Shown here piece by piece: positions 48,428-56,942 of a stretch of DNA of 64,000 nt. Source of the stretch: a virus (taxonomy: Duplodnaviria; Caudoviricetes); the IMG/VR virus record IMGVR_UViG_2974799246_000001, positions 128,001 to 192,000 of that record; one strand, given 5' to 3'. The notes beneath the pieces are model-generated. The model saw only the letters and a program-made list of their open reading frames with translations, was not told the origin of the DNA and did no database searches. Numbering within the stretch: position 1 is the stretch's first letter; every line of letters starts with the position of its first letter. The translations under genes and the position numbers were made by a program.

Positions 48428-49711
48428 TTACTTCTTCTTCTTTTTCTTTTCTTTCTTCGGCTTGTCGTCTTCGTCGTCTTCGCCCATCTTGACTGCCAGC
48501 TTACCTTCATAGATATCAGCCATGAGAGTAAGCACTTTGGACTCCAACATAATGTCTGCTGGTACGGACGTTGAGTTGAATGCTACTTCGGATTCAGCCA
48601 ATGCAGATTGCAGATACACCATACTAACCAGATTGACTTTGATGTTGTCTTTCTTGGTCATGTTCATGAACATCTTGAGGCCAGCCGACTGCCACTTATT
48701 CGTTTCGGCGTAATGGCCTAACACGCCGTGAATAATCCAACGAGCTTTCGCAACGATTGCACGTGGGTTGTTCGATTCACGCAGGAACTGAATAACACCA
48801 ATCAGGTCCATCGCCAGATACGCACCGATCATCTGGACAGCTTTCGCTTCCATATCGATCTCTGGGTCTGCTGCTGCGAGTTCGGCAACGAGGTTCTTAT
48901 CGAAGTCCTCACCACCTTTCACGGACGCATAGATATTCTGCAACATCGTGATTGCGCCACGCATCTGACCACCAGCATAATCCGCTACCTGATGCAGTGC
49001 TGCTTCTGCTTTCTCACGCGCCTTGTCTTTCTTCGGCATGATCTCAAGTGCCGTACCGATTTCAATCAGTCGCTTGTGAATCACATCAGTTGGAATAGGT
49101 CTGATAGGCAGTTGCGTCATGCGACTGATCATCGTGCCCTTCATCTTCTCCGGGTTGGTAGTTACGAAGATGAATACAACGTGCGCTGGAGGCTGCTCTG
49201 CAATTTTGAGCAACTTGGATTCGGCTGCGCTTGACATGAGGTGCGATTCGTCGAAGATGAATACGCGACGTTTGAACATCGGACTCAGCGGTGCGCTGTC
49301 CACGATCTTCTGGCTGCCTTCAACTTTACCAGCATCGCCACCCATATCGAACTCTTGCTCATCGGGGTGTGCGCCACGGTCGTGCATTTCACACGAACGA
49401 CATTTGCCACAGGCCGAGAACGTGTCGCAGTTGATATACTTCGCAACCAGACGCGCAAACGTTGTTTTACCTGAACCCAAATGACCAGTAATGATCATTG
49501 TCGATGGAATCGTTTTCGACTTCTGCCAACCCTTCATGATCTTAACGATGTGGTCTTGACCAACATAGTCTTCGATACGTTTCGGTCTAAACTGATCAGC
49601 AAAGTTAATCGTTGTCAGTTCAACAGACTCGGAAGAATCGCCTTTCTTTTTCTTTGGCGTATCACCACCAAAGGAACGCGACTTCTTCTTTTTCTTTTCT
49701 TCTTTAGCCAT
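48428..49711 (-). CDS. dnaX: clamp loader, DNA Pol III gamma/tau-like
   Basis: RPKRIEDYVGQDH, GHLGSGKTT, CGKCRSC zinc motif, DESH, LLKIAEQPP, SR, GQMR. Confidence 0.9.
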   Translation of the reverse strand: MAKEEKKKKKSRSFGGDTPKKKKGDSSESVELTTINFADQFRPKRIEDYVGQDHIVKIMKGWQKSKTIPSTMIITGHLGSGKTTFARLVAKYINCDTFSACGKCRSCEMHDRGAHPDEQEFDMGGDAGKVEGSQKIVDSAPLSPMFKRRVFIFDESHLMSSAAESKLLKIAEQPPAHVVFIFVTTNPEKMKGTMISRMTQLPIRPIPTDVIHKRLIEIGTALEIMPKKDKAREKAEAALHQVADYAGGQMRGAITMLQNIYASVKGGEDFDKNLVAELAAADPEIDMEAKAVQMIGAYLAMDLIGVIQFLRESNNPRAIVAKARWIIHGVLGHYAETNKWQSAGLKMFMNMTKKDNIKVNLVSMVYLQSALAESEVAFNSTSVPADIMLESKVLTLMADIYEGKLAVKMGEDDEDDKPKKEKKKKKK

Positions 49712-49852
49712 TTTCAATTCGCCCTTAGTTCTAATGCGTTACACCAGTTATTTACAGATTTTAGACAAAAAGAAAGGACCACATCCAAAACGGAGGGTCC
49801 TTACGTGTTACAATGGTTTGAATGATAACGCATCGGCAGTGGGCGCTGTCGA

Positions 49853-50050
49853 TTAGGCAAAGCTCATCTCCCAACGCGGTACAACGCGGAAGAATTGCTT
49901 AAAGTGGGACGGTGGGTTCTGCTTGATGGACTCAAGTTTCTTTTCCACAACGTCATAATCTTTTATGCCACTCTCAACGCAGTGAGTGGTGAATGTACCG
50001 TCAGCCTCAATCAAATCGGCGACAACACGGTAGCTTGGTTTTCTCAGCAT
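49853..50050 (-). CDS. hypothetical protein
   Basis: AGGAG SD; CTGTAAACA upstream. Confidence 0.55.
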   Translation of the reverse strand: MLRKPSYRVVADLIEADGTFTTHCVESGIKDYDVVEKKLESIKQNPPSHFKQFFRVVPRWEMSFA

Positions 50051-50141
50051 CTAGTCTCCTGAAAACGAAATTCTCATTGCTCTGAATTATGTTTACAGAT
50101 TACTGGAGTAGTCACAAAAGAATAAAGTAAGACAAATCTTA

Positions 50142-50477
50142 AACTCCAATAGGTACTCGCTGGAATTCCTATTGGAGTTCACCCTCAACCGATGACGGTC
50201 GGCAGAAGGTGTTCTCCCCGTGCTTTTCGATTGCACCAGCACGGTAGCGCTTGCGGTCTTACGCTCTTGTCATGCAGCGGGCCGGCAGGGATGGTAGCAT
50301 TTCCCGCCGCAAAGAGCAGCCGCTTTCGGCCATTAGCGATAACGCGGTGTTACGCTTAACGGCCCGACTCTGTGGCCGAGTCTGTACAAAAAAGAGTTCG
50401 GCCTATTCCCCAATTCGGCAAAAAGAAATAAGCCGAACTAAACAGTCAACGCACACTCCATATGCGCTGTTTTGTAC
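50142..50477 (-). ncRNA. candidate structured non-coding RNA (~340 nt)
   Basis: At least 8 consecutive stems filling an intergenic gap. G-U pairs form only on the minus strand. CTAATTT motif 6 nt upstream. Confidence 0.55.
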
Positions 50478-50517
50478 TGTAACAAATTAGAAACATCCTG
50501 CAATATTCAGACAATTC

Positions 50518-51105
50518 TTAGTTCAACATCGGAACGAGATTTTGCAAGAAATGTTTGCGATCAAACGAACTGATTCGGTGCGGATGATCGACGTGCATGT
50601 TCCATCCTTTGTTGAACAGCAGCACGTTCTTCGGCAGGACAACGTTAATGCCAACGCGAGTGAACGAATCACGAACGGCAGTCACTGGATTGTCGTCAAC
50701 CAGAATCCAAGTACCTTCACCGTACTTCTCGTTCAGGTAAGCAATCTTATCAGGATGCTGGCGTGAGTCCAGACAGTCGATGTGGTCAAACAACGACAGG
50801 TGCTTCTCCAACACCTTGCGTGTGTAGCGTTCACCTTTGGCGTGATAGCCACGATGCGTACAAATACCGACACTGAAACCGTCGCGCACCAGCATTGCAA
50901 CCGTTTGGATGAAGTAGTCACGCATGTTAGCTTCGAGCATGAAGCGACCGTCAGCCAGCATCTCCACGAAAGGTTCGTGACCATTCTCTGGCGTAATGTA
51001 CGTGTCGGTACCTGGGTAGATTCCCCAGTTCATCAGATAGCACAGCATGAAGTTATGCGTATCGAATGCCGTGTCGTCCATGTCGAAGAAAATATATTTA
51101 ATCAT
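50518..51105 (-). CDS. HAD-superfamily 5'(3')-deoxyribonucleotidase-like phosphatase
   Basis: FDMDDT motif I, THR, K, LVDDNP, WN. Start re-assigned to 51105 (TAATG). Confidence 0.8.
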   Translation of the reverse strand: MIKYIFFDMDDTAFDTHNFMLCYLMNWGIYPGTDTYITPENGHEPFVEMLADGRFMLEANMRDYFIQTVAMLVRDGFSVGICTHRGYHAKGERYTRKVLEKHLSLFDHIDCLDSRQHPDKIAYLNEKYGEGTWILVDDNPVTAVRDSFTRVGINVVLPKNVLLFNKGWNMHVDHPHRISSFDRKHFLQNLVPMLN

Positions 51106-51443
51106 TAATGCCTCGTGCTGTTGCACAGAAAAGGTGTATCGTTGATGAAGCCGAGATTCAACTGACAAGCAAGGTGAGTCAGGCGCATCTCATCTGCGTT
51201 GGTTACGATCATAACGTTAGCATACGGGTCGAGTCGGAAGTTTGGAACTTCGATCAACTCAACGTTGAACGGACCAGACTCGTTCTCATTAATGAAGTAC
51301 GCGCCAAGCATCCACGTTGTACCGTTATCATCTGGAAGTAGGTGACCGATGATGCAATCCTCGTCCTGCATAACAATATGCAGTGGTCTATCGAAGTCCA
51401 TATCTTCTGCACCAAATTCAAAATGGAAATCATCATCGCTCAT
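51105..51443 (-). CDS. acidic hypothetical protein
   Basis: GAGG SD, within operon. Confidence 0.55.
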   Translation of the reverse strand: MSDDDFHFEFGAEDMDFDRPLHIVMQDEDCIIGHLLPDDNGTTWMLGAYFINENESGPFNVELIEVPNFRLDPYANVMIVTNADEMRLTHLACQLNLGFINDTPFLCNSTRH

Positions 51444-51445
51444 GG

Positions 51446-52021
51446 TTACGCCCTCAGATCAACAAGTATCGACGCACTCAAATCTCGAAGCATGTCACGG
51501 CCGAGAGAGGTGTACATCGTTTGAGAAACAACTATACGTTCAAGGAACAGGCGAGAACCAATGACGTCCCTGCCTAACTTCTGCTGAACGAACTCAATGA
51601 TTGAAGACGGAGGCTGAATGAGGAACGTGAGTATCTCAGCATCGTGGAGAACGTTGCCCATCGCTGTCACAGGTCGCATTTCTGTTTCCTGATCGAGGAT
51701 GTATGAGATGACTCGGTCTGCATTGCCTATGTTTGGATAGCGCTTGAAGAATCTACGCACCGCTTCTACGGTGTGCATGAAATCGTAGTCCGGTCGGGTC
51801 GGCATACGAAGAAAGAGTGAAGCGAGCAACAGGTTTATTTCTAACTGCGGACCTTGTTCAATGTTCAACATCGCATGTGCGGTCAGCACAACATTCAACG
51901 AGAAGTCACGAGTATAGAGCGGGTGAGAGGTCGCTGTCTGATCGAAATAGTCAAGGGCCTGACGCAACCCTTGACGTATTAACAGGTGCTCTGCTTTAAT
52001 GCGGGACAGGCGTTGCATCAC
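51446..52021 (-). CDS. degenerate HD-domain-like protein
   Basis: Overall HD-fold pattern ending LHDAEIL, but the HD dyad and first His appear absent. Confidence 0.4.
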   Translation of the reverse strand: MMQRLSRIKAEHLLIRQGLRQALDYFDQTATSHPLYTRDFSLNVVLTAHAMLNIEQGPQLEINLLLASLFLRMPTRPDYDFMHTVEAVRRFFKRYPNIGNADRVISYILDQETEMRPVTAMGNVLHDAEILTFLIQPPSSIIEFVQQKLGRDVIGSRLFLERIVVSQTMYTSLGRDMLRDLSASILVDLRA

Positions 52022-52992
52022 TCAGCGCCGCGAATCTCTTTCAGGCTATTCTTGATCGCTTTGCGCAGTGTCTTGCCTACGTCAATGCCGTCAATGTGAC
52101 GAGCAAACACGTTGGCGAATAGCGTGGTTGGATTCTTCATGATCGCTTTGTCGAGGTCAGGACGACCTTCTGCGATCTGCAACTCACCAGGCCAGAGTTC
52201 TGCAACCGCCGCGCTATCGTTAGCAGCAATCAGTTCCAGTTCACGGACCGAGATAGAGTTCTGTCGAGCAATCGTACGGAAGATTATGTCAACGAAAGGC
52301 AGCATGTCTTCGCTAACAACGTTCTTCACGTCTTTGGCATCACCAGCACGTTGGAAATCTTCCAACAGACCTTCGAGATGCGTCTGCGTGATCTTCTGGA
52401 CGTTACGCAGTTTCTTGAACAGCATCATCCAGCGAACTTTACGCTTAGAACTTAGCAGGTGCGTCCACACTGATTCACCGAGTGCGATCATCAGGCGGTT
52501 GTACACGTCAACGCTCAGGCTGTCACGATCAACGAAGACCGTGATCTCATCGTGCCATTCATCTTTACGGAATTTGCTGCGGAACGCATGAGTCTTCGAA
52601 CCTGACTGCTGGACGAAGTTGATTTGTTTGCAGCGGCGTACAGCTTCCGCCAGATGATATTTCTCAATCACCTTAGGAAGTTTCTTAACGCCAACACGAC
52701 ACGCTTTTGCAACTTCGGCCTCACGACCGAAAAGAGATAAACGAGGCAGTCCGCCGTAGACAGGCATCGAAGCGTATGGTCTGACAGTCACGCCACACAC
52801 TGACATACCTGGCTCAGGGTCTGGTCCGAGAACACACAACACATCACCAGACTTCGGACTGAACTTGATCGTCTCAGGATCTGGCGTACTCAGCGTGTTG
52901 GCCAAAAGACCAACAGTGTTGCCGGTAGCCAGTACCAAATGGTTTTTGTTACCCTGCCTTACAACAAGGTAATCTTTTTCACTATGTTTCAT
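52018..52992 (-). CDS. hypothetical protein
   Basis: 324-aa ORF with AAGG SD. Confidence 0.6.
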   Translation of the reverse strand: MKHSEKDYLVVRQGNKNHLVLATGNTVGLLANTLSTPDPETIKFSPKSGDVLCVLGPDPEPGMSVCGVTVRPYASMPVYGGLPRLSLFGREAEVAKACRVGVKKLPKVIEKYHLAEAVRRCKQINFVQQSGSKTHAFRSKFRKDEWHDEITVFVDRDSLSVDVYNRLMIALGESVWTHLLSSKRKVRWMMLFKKLRNVQKITQTHLEGLLEDFQRAGDAKDVKNVVSEDMLPFVDIIFRTIARQNSISVRELELIAANDSAAVAELWPGELQIAEGRPDLDKAIMKNPTTLFANVFARHIDGIDVGKTLRKAIKNSLKEIRGAE

Positions 52993-53000
52993 AACGACCT

Positions 53001-53531
53001 TTATAGTTGATCAACGATGTTCATCGTGTGAACTTCCGCTGTGTAGCCCTGACGGAAGATGCGACCTTCGGCTCGGCCTGTTGCCTGCTCTGCGGAAGGG
53101 ACGCCCCAGCTTGTTGCAGGCTCAATCGAGATAAGGGCCTGCTCATCCCACATGTCACCGTCTTCGAGATAGTCTGCAATCATTTGGAGAGCAGCAGGAC
53201 GATCGAGGCCCAAGTGCGCAAGCTCGGCGATAATGAGTTTCGGCGCAGTGGCGTCTTTCATTTCGTCGAGTTCGTATTGCAGATCGGAAAGCGAGTTAAC
53301 CTGATGGCAGTCAGCGCTAGTCAGGCCTGCATACTCGTCTTGTCCGAAATAAGCAATTGCAAAGTCAGGAACATCAAGTTGACTGGAAAAGAAATGAGGA
53401 GCGTCCACCAGAATAGAAGGCACGGCGCTCATCTGGAGAAAACTCATGTAGGGGCGTTGCATCTCATGAGCTTCTACCGAACAGGACTTCCCAGCAAGAT
53501 CTTTCATTATGCTGTGTGCGAGATTATTCAT
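53001..53531 (-). CDS. hypothetical protein
   Basis: GAGG SD. Confidence 0.55.
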   Translation of the reverse strand: MNNLAHSIMKDLAGKSCSVEAHEMQRPYMSFLQMSAVPSILVDAPHFFSSQLDVPDFAIAYFGQDEYAGLTSADCHQVNSLSDLQYELDEMKDATAPKLIIAELAHLGLDRPAALQMIADYLEDGDMWDEQALISIEPATSWGVPSAEQATGRAEGRIFRQGYTAEVHTMNIVDQL

Positions 53532-53538
53532 TGTAACC

Positions 53539-53754
53539 TCAGTTCTCAGGAGTAGGAGTAAAAGGGCTGTGGGTGTACGGAGTTAACTTATCCACGTACA
53601 GGAAACGAGATGAAGCACTACTGTAACCAGAGCGTGGTGCCGATTGCTTTTTCTTGGCTTCGGCCTCACGTTTATCCAGCTCGTCAAAGATACCTACGCG
53701 ACGGGCGTACTTAAACTTCGGGTGTACGGAGATATGTTTGACGATAGCTGTCAT
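53539..53754 (-). CDS. hypothetical protein
   Basis: AAGGA SD. Confidence 0.5.
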   Translation of the reverse strand: MTAIVKHISVHPKFKYARRVGIFDELDKREAEAKKKQSAPRSGYSSASSRFLYVDKLTPYTHSPFTPTPEN

Positions 53755-53764
53755 ACGTTATTCC

Positions 53765-54241
53765 TTAATCAGGTTCATCGAGGACATGATAGAACATGGC
53801 CCATACTTCGTCATCGTCCTCTTCGACATCTGGATCACGTATCTCCAGTTTAGGAAAAGGCAGACTGACTTCTCGATCATAGGCTTGATTGGCAAACATT
53901 ATAGCCACGCACAACTCCGAGCAATAGAAGTTGCGCAGGTATGGAAACGCGAGACCGAGATTTACTTTTGGTCTATCTCCAGCTTTTGCCGTTTGTGCCA
54001 TTGCATGTATTTCGCGTAGATATTCATCCAGCAAATCTTTGTTACCATGCTCAGGCCAATCCACCAGAAGAAGATTTTTGATATACTTCCTTTGGTTACT
54101 ACGCAGAGCCTTGTATTCTTCCTGAAAGAATTTCTCCAACCCTTTCTTAGGGACGGACTTCATCTTTGCTCGAAGTACAATCTCAAGTTTGGCAGCAATT
54201 CGCAATCGCAGCCTAGGGTTGTATTTAAGTTTCTGCATCAA
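53765..54241 (-). CDS. hypothetical protein
   Basis: Coupled to the upstream polymerase-like gene. Confidence 0.55.
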   Translation of the reverse strand: MMQKLKYNPRLRLRIAAKLEIVLRAKMKSVPKKGLEKFFQEEYKALRSNQRKYIKNLLLVDWPEHGNKDLLDEYLREIHAMAQTAKAGDRPKVNLGLAFPYLRNFYCSELCVAIMFANQAYDREVSLPFPKLEIRDPDVEEDDDEVWAMFYHVLDEPD

Positions 54242-55869
54242 TCGTCACCCATAAAATCAAGGGTATCAGAAAATTTCTTAATGACGAACGTGGCCTTCGC
54301 AGATTTGATCTCACCCTTAGTTTTCAGCAGGGCGCCATCGTGCTCCAACGAATAAACGAGTTCGACATTACCATTCAGGATCGCCTCGAACAAATGACTC
54401 GACTCAATGCCCGAGATACAATGACTCATGGTTCGTCGTCGCACCTTGCGAGATGAAACACACTGGTCATGTTCGAGAACATACTTGGCTCCTGTATCGC
54501 ACGTTAGCATCATGCCTTCGGTTGTGTAACGGAAACGTTTCGAATAGACCTCGCATAATTGCTGCAACGCAGTTATGAAAGTTTTGCAGTCTATGTTCCA
54601 CGACTCCACGAAGTCATACACCTCACTCAGACTTTTGAAGTGAGGGCGCAATGCCATGACAGCGCTTGACCGAGGGGTCTTCGTCAAATAGTCAGCGCTG
54701 AACAGCGTACCATAGAAACAAATCTTCACCAGCTTTTTAGATAGGCGGGTGTTGTTTGGATTTGCTTTCTGGAGCTTGTCCACTATGTCATTTACAGAAT
54801 GTATGTCGTCAAGGAAAGGACATACGATACCGTTGTCTGCGAACTCTTTGCGGATGATGTTGAGTTGGCTACTCGCCATATCCCAGTTATCGCCGACAAC
54901 ACTACATGCCTGTTTAAGAACCGCAGGGAAGGATTGGAACCCACCACCCTGCTCAAACAGACGACCACCAACTTTAGCGATTGTGTACGCTGGGTAGTAA
55001 CGAATAATTAACGGCTCTTCCGAAACAATCTGAATTGGCCCCGATAGAATAGCCTGTAGACAACTCATCACCTGATGGTACTGCTTGAGTGCCCGACGTG
55101 TGCCGCGGAAACTCTTAACCGTTAGGTAATCAAGAATTGGGTCGATTGCAATTTCATTCGGACCTATCTTCTTTAGTACCGCAGTATAAAGTTTACGGGC
55201 AGCGCGATCTCGATTAGACCGCAACCCATACCGAGCGTTATCACCGGCAAGGTCATGCTTACGAGGCTTAAACGTTTTGTTGGCGCTCGCGCTTATCATC
55301 TCCAGAATCGTTTGACCGAACCGTTCTTGCACAGCCTTGAGTGGACTATAGAAGCGAGTAAGCTCTAACAGTTCACGACTGGACTTAGGACGATTTGGGT
55401 ACATAGCATCCAAGCACTTACGCTTAATCCTGAACTCACGACAACGACCAGGAGTAGCGGCCGTTTTCTTGATATGCTTTTTGTAATCCATCACGTTAGC
55501 AATAAGCCACTCAAGGGCCCGACTAAAATGCTTCTCAGTCCGTTCCCACCGCGGCCCTACAGGACCTCTTAGCGCATTTTCACACCCGAATACCATCGGA
55601 AGCTCTTTGACACCAAGTTTTCTGCTAAACGGCACCCAGACAGTACCGAACTTCTCAAATTTCTTTCTTTTCGTCGGATAGATAGACGATTGAAGCACAT
55701 GCCAGAAGAACAGGTTGATTTGACGGCGAAACTCCTGTTCTTGCTTCTTCGGGCCGTCGTACGGACATTTGTCTACGACGTTATCACGTACCCACACCAG
55801 AGGTGCTAGTTCTTGGTGCGTTGGGTTCGTAATCAGGCGTGCTTCACCCTTTTTCATAAAAGAAGACAT
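54238..55869 (-). CDS. divergent superfamily-A polymerase-like protein (TV-Pol-like)
   Basis: GGRLF...FQS, NWDMASSQ (motif A Asp), KICFYG (motif B), LEHDG (motif C); no exonuclease domain. Start re-assigned to ATG 55869 behind AGGAG. Confidence 0.6.
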   Translation of the reverse strand: MSSFMKKGEARLITNPTHQELAPLVWVRDNVVDKCPYDGPKKQEQEFRRQINLFFWHVLQSSIYPTKRKKFEKFGTVWVPFSRKLGVKELPMVFGCENALRGPVGPRWERTEKHFSRALEWLIANVMDYKKHIKKTAATPGRCREFRIKRKCLDAMYPNRPKSSRELLELTRFYSPLKAVQERFGQTILEMISASANKTFKPRKHDLAGDNARYGLRSNRDRAARKLYTAVLKKIGPNEIAIDPILDYLTVKSFRGTRRALKQYHQVMSCLQAILSGPIQIVSEEPLIIRYYPAYTIAKVGGRLFEQGGGFQSFPAVLKQACSVVGDNWDMASSQLNIIRKEFADNGIVCPFLDDIHSVNDIVDKLQKANPNNTRLSKKLVKICFYGTLFSADYLTKTPRSSAVMALRPHFKSLSEVYDFVESWNIDCKTFITALQQLCEVYSKRFRYTTEGMMLTCDTGAKYVLEHDQCVSSRKVRRRTMSHCISGIESSHLFEAILNGNVELVYSLEHDGALLKTKGEIKSAKATFVIKKFSDTLDFMGDD

Positions 55870-56273
55870 TCGGATCTCCTGAATCACTTCTTTTGCTCGT
55901 TTTCTTCTTGTTGTTTACAGAAACCGCTTGCAAAGCAAGGGAGCAGAAGCACGTACAGAAGAGGTACGACAGATAAGCAACGCTGGGCGATCGAGCGGCG
56001 CGCTCAAGGCACGGGATATACAGATATACATGAGGGCTTTAGGCGCACTCCGTTTTTGTACCAGTAAAAATCTAGATCGCATCAAACAGCAGCTATAACC
56101 ACCCTTCTATACGCTTAAACATACGCCCTGGGACGATCTCGATTTTCAAAAAGATCTCCCTGAAACCATGTAAATTTTTTTCAAATTTGGCGCGATTTCT
56201 GTTCATTTTTTAACCAAAGGGGATAAAAACAGAGGAAAACCCGAATAAAATCAAGGACTTTCCTCCGCGATTA

Positions 56274-56933
56274 TCACTTTTTCTGCGAAACGCGCTTCCC
56301 GAGCTTGACGCCTATTTGCGTCAGAATGCGTTTCACTGTTTCGCCGTCGTGTTCCTGCATTGCAGTCGCTAAACGTTCGCCCTGTTCACGCGATAGCTCA
56401 GGCATAACCATTTTAAGCATCTGCGAGCGCATTTTGGCTGATTTAGACTTGCCGCGAGACAGAGATTGTGTGTCCATTTCGTTTGCAACACGGCTCATGG
56501 TGCGCTGCACACGACGATCTGCGAAGATATCAGCAAAGATATTGCCAAACAGGTCCTGGAACGAACGTCCACCGCCCATAATGTCGTCTTTTGTGAAACG
56601 AACAGGCTGTCCAAGCGCATTCTGCTTATTGCAGTGCGTGGATTCCACTTCGTTTTGAGTACGTCCACCAGCACGGAAGTTCTCGTCAGGGCGTGACGCT
56701 TTACCCTCTGCGCCCGGCTTAGTGTTGCCGTTACGCAGGTCTGCATCGCCTTCAACAGCCTTATCAGGGTCGAACATGTCGTCCGCTGTCTCGCTTTGGT
56801 TAGCGTCAAACGGAATCTTGCCCGTCAGCTTATTCTGGTCAGGCCAGCTCTTTGGAATATCAGAAGCAGGTTGCGCCTTGTTCGTCATATCGCCGTTAGC
56901 TTCGCTATTCAGGCTGATCATAATGCGTGTCAT
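56274..56933 (-). CDS. hypothetical (probable virion) protein
   Basis: AGGAG SD; N-terminus MTRIMISLNS. Confidence 0.6.
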   Translation of the reverse strand: MTRIMISLNSEANGDMTNKAQPASDIPKSWPDQNKLTGKIPFDANQSETADDMFDPDKAVEGDADLRNGNTKPGAEGKASRPDENFRAGGRTQNEVESTHCNKQNALGQPVRFTKDDIMGGGRSFQDLFGNIFADIFADRRVQRTMSRVANEMDTQSLSRGKSKSAKMRSQMLKMVMPELSREQGERLATAMQEHDGETVKRILTQIGVKLGKRVSQKK

Positions 56934-56942
56934 TCGAATCTC

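Noticed and set aside
50251-50490. 79-aa plus-strand ORF in the structured region
   Set aside because: TTG start with no SD, opposite to local gene orientation; the stem pattern explains the region better.
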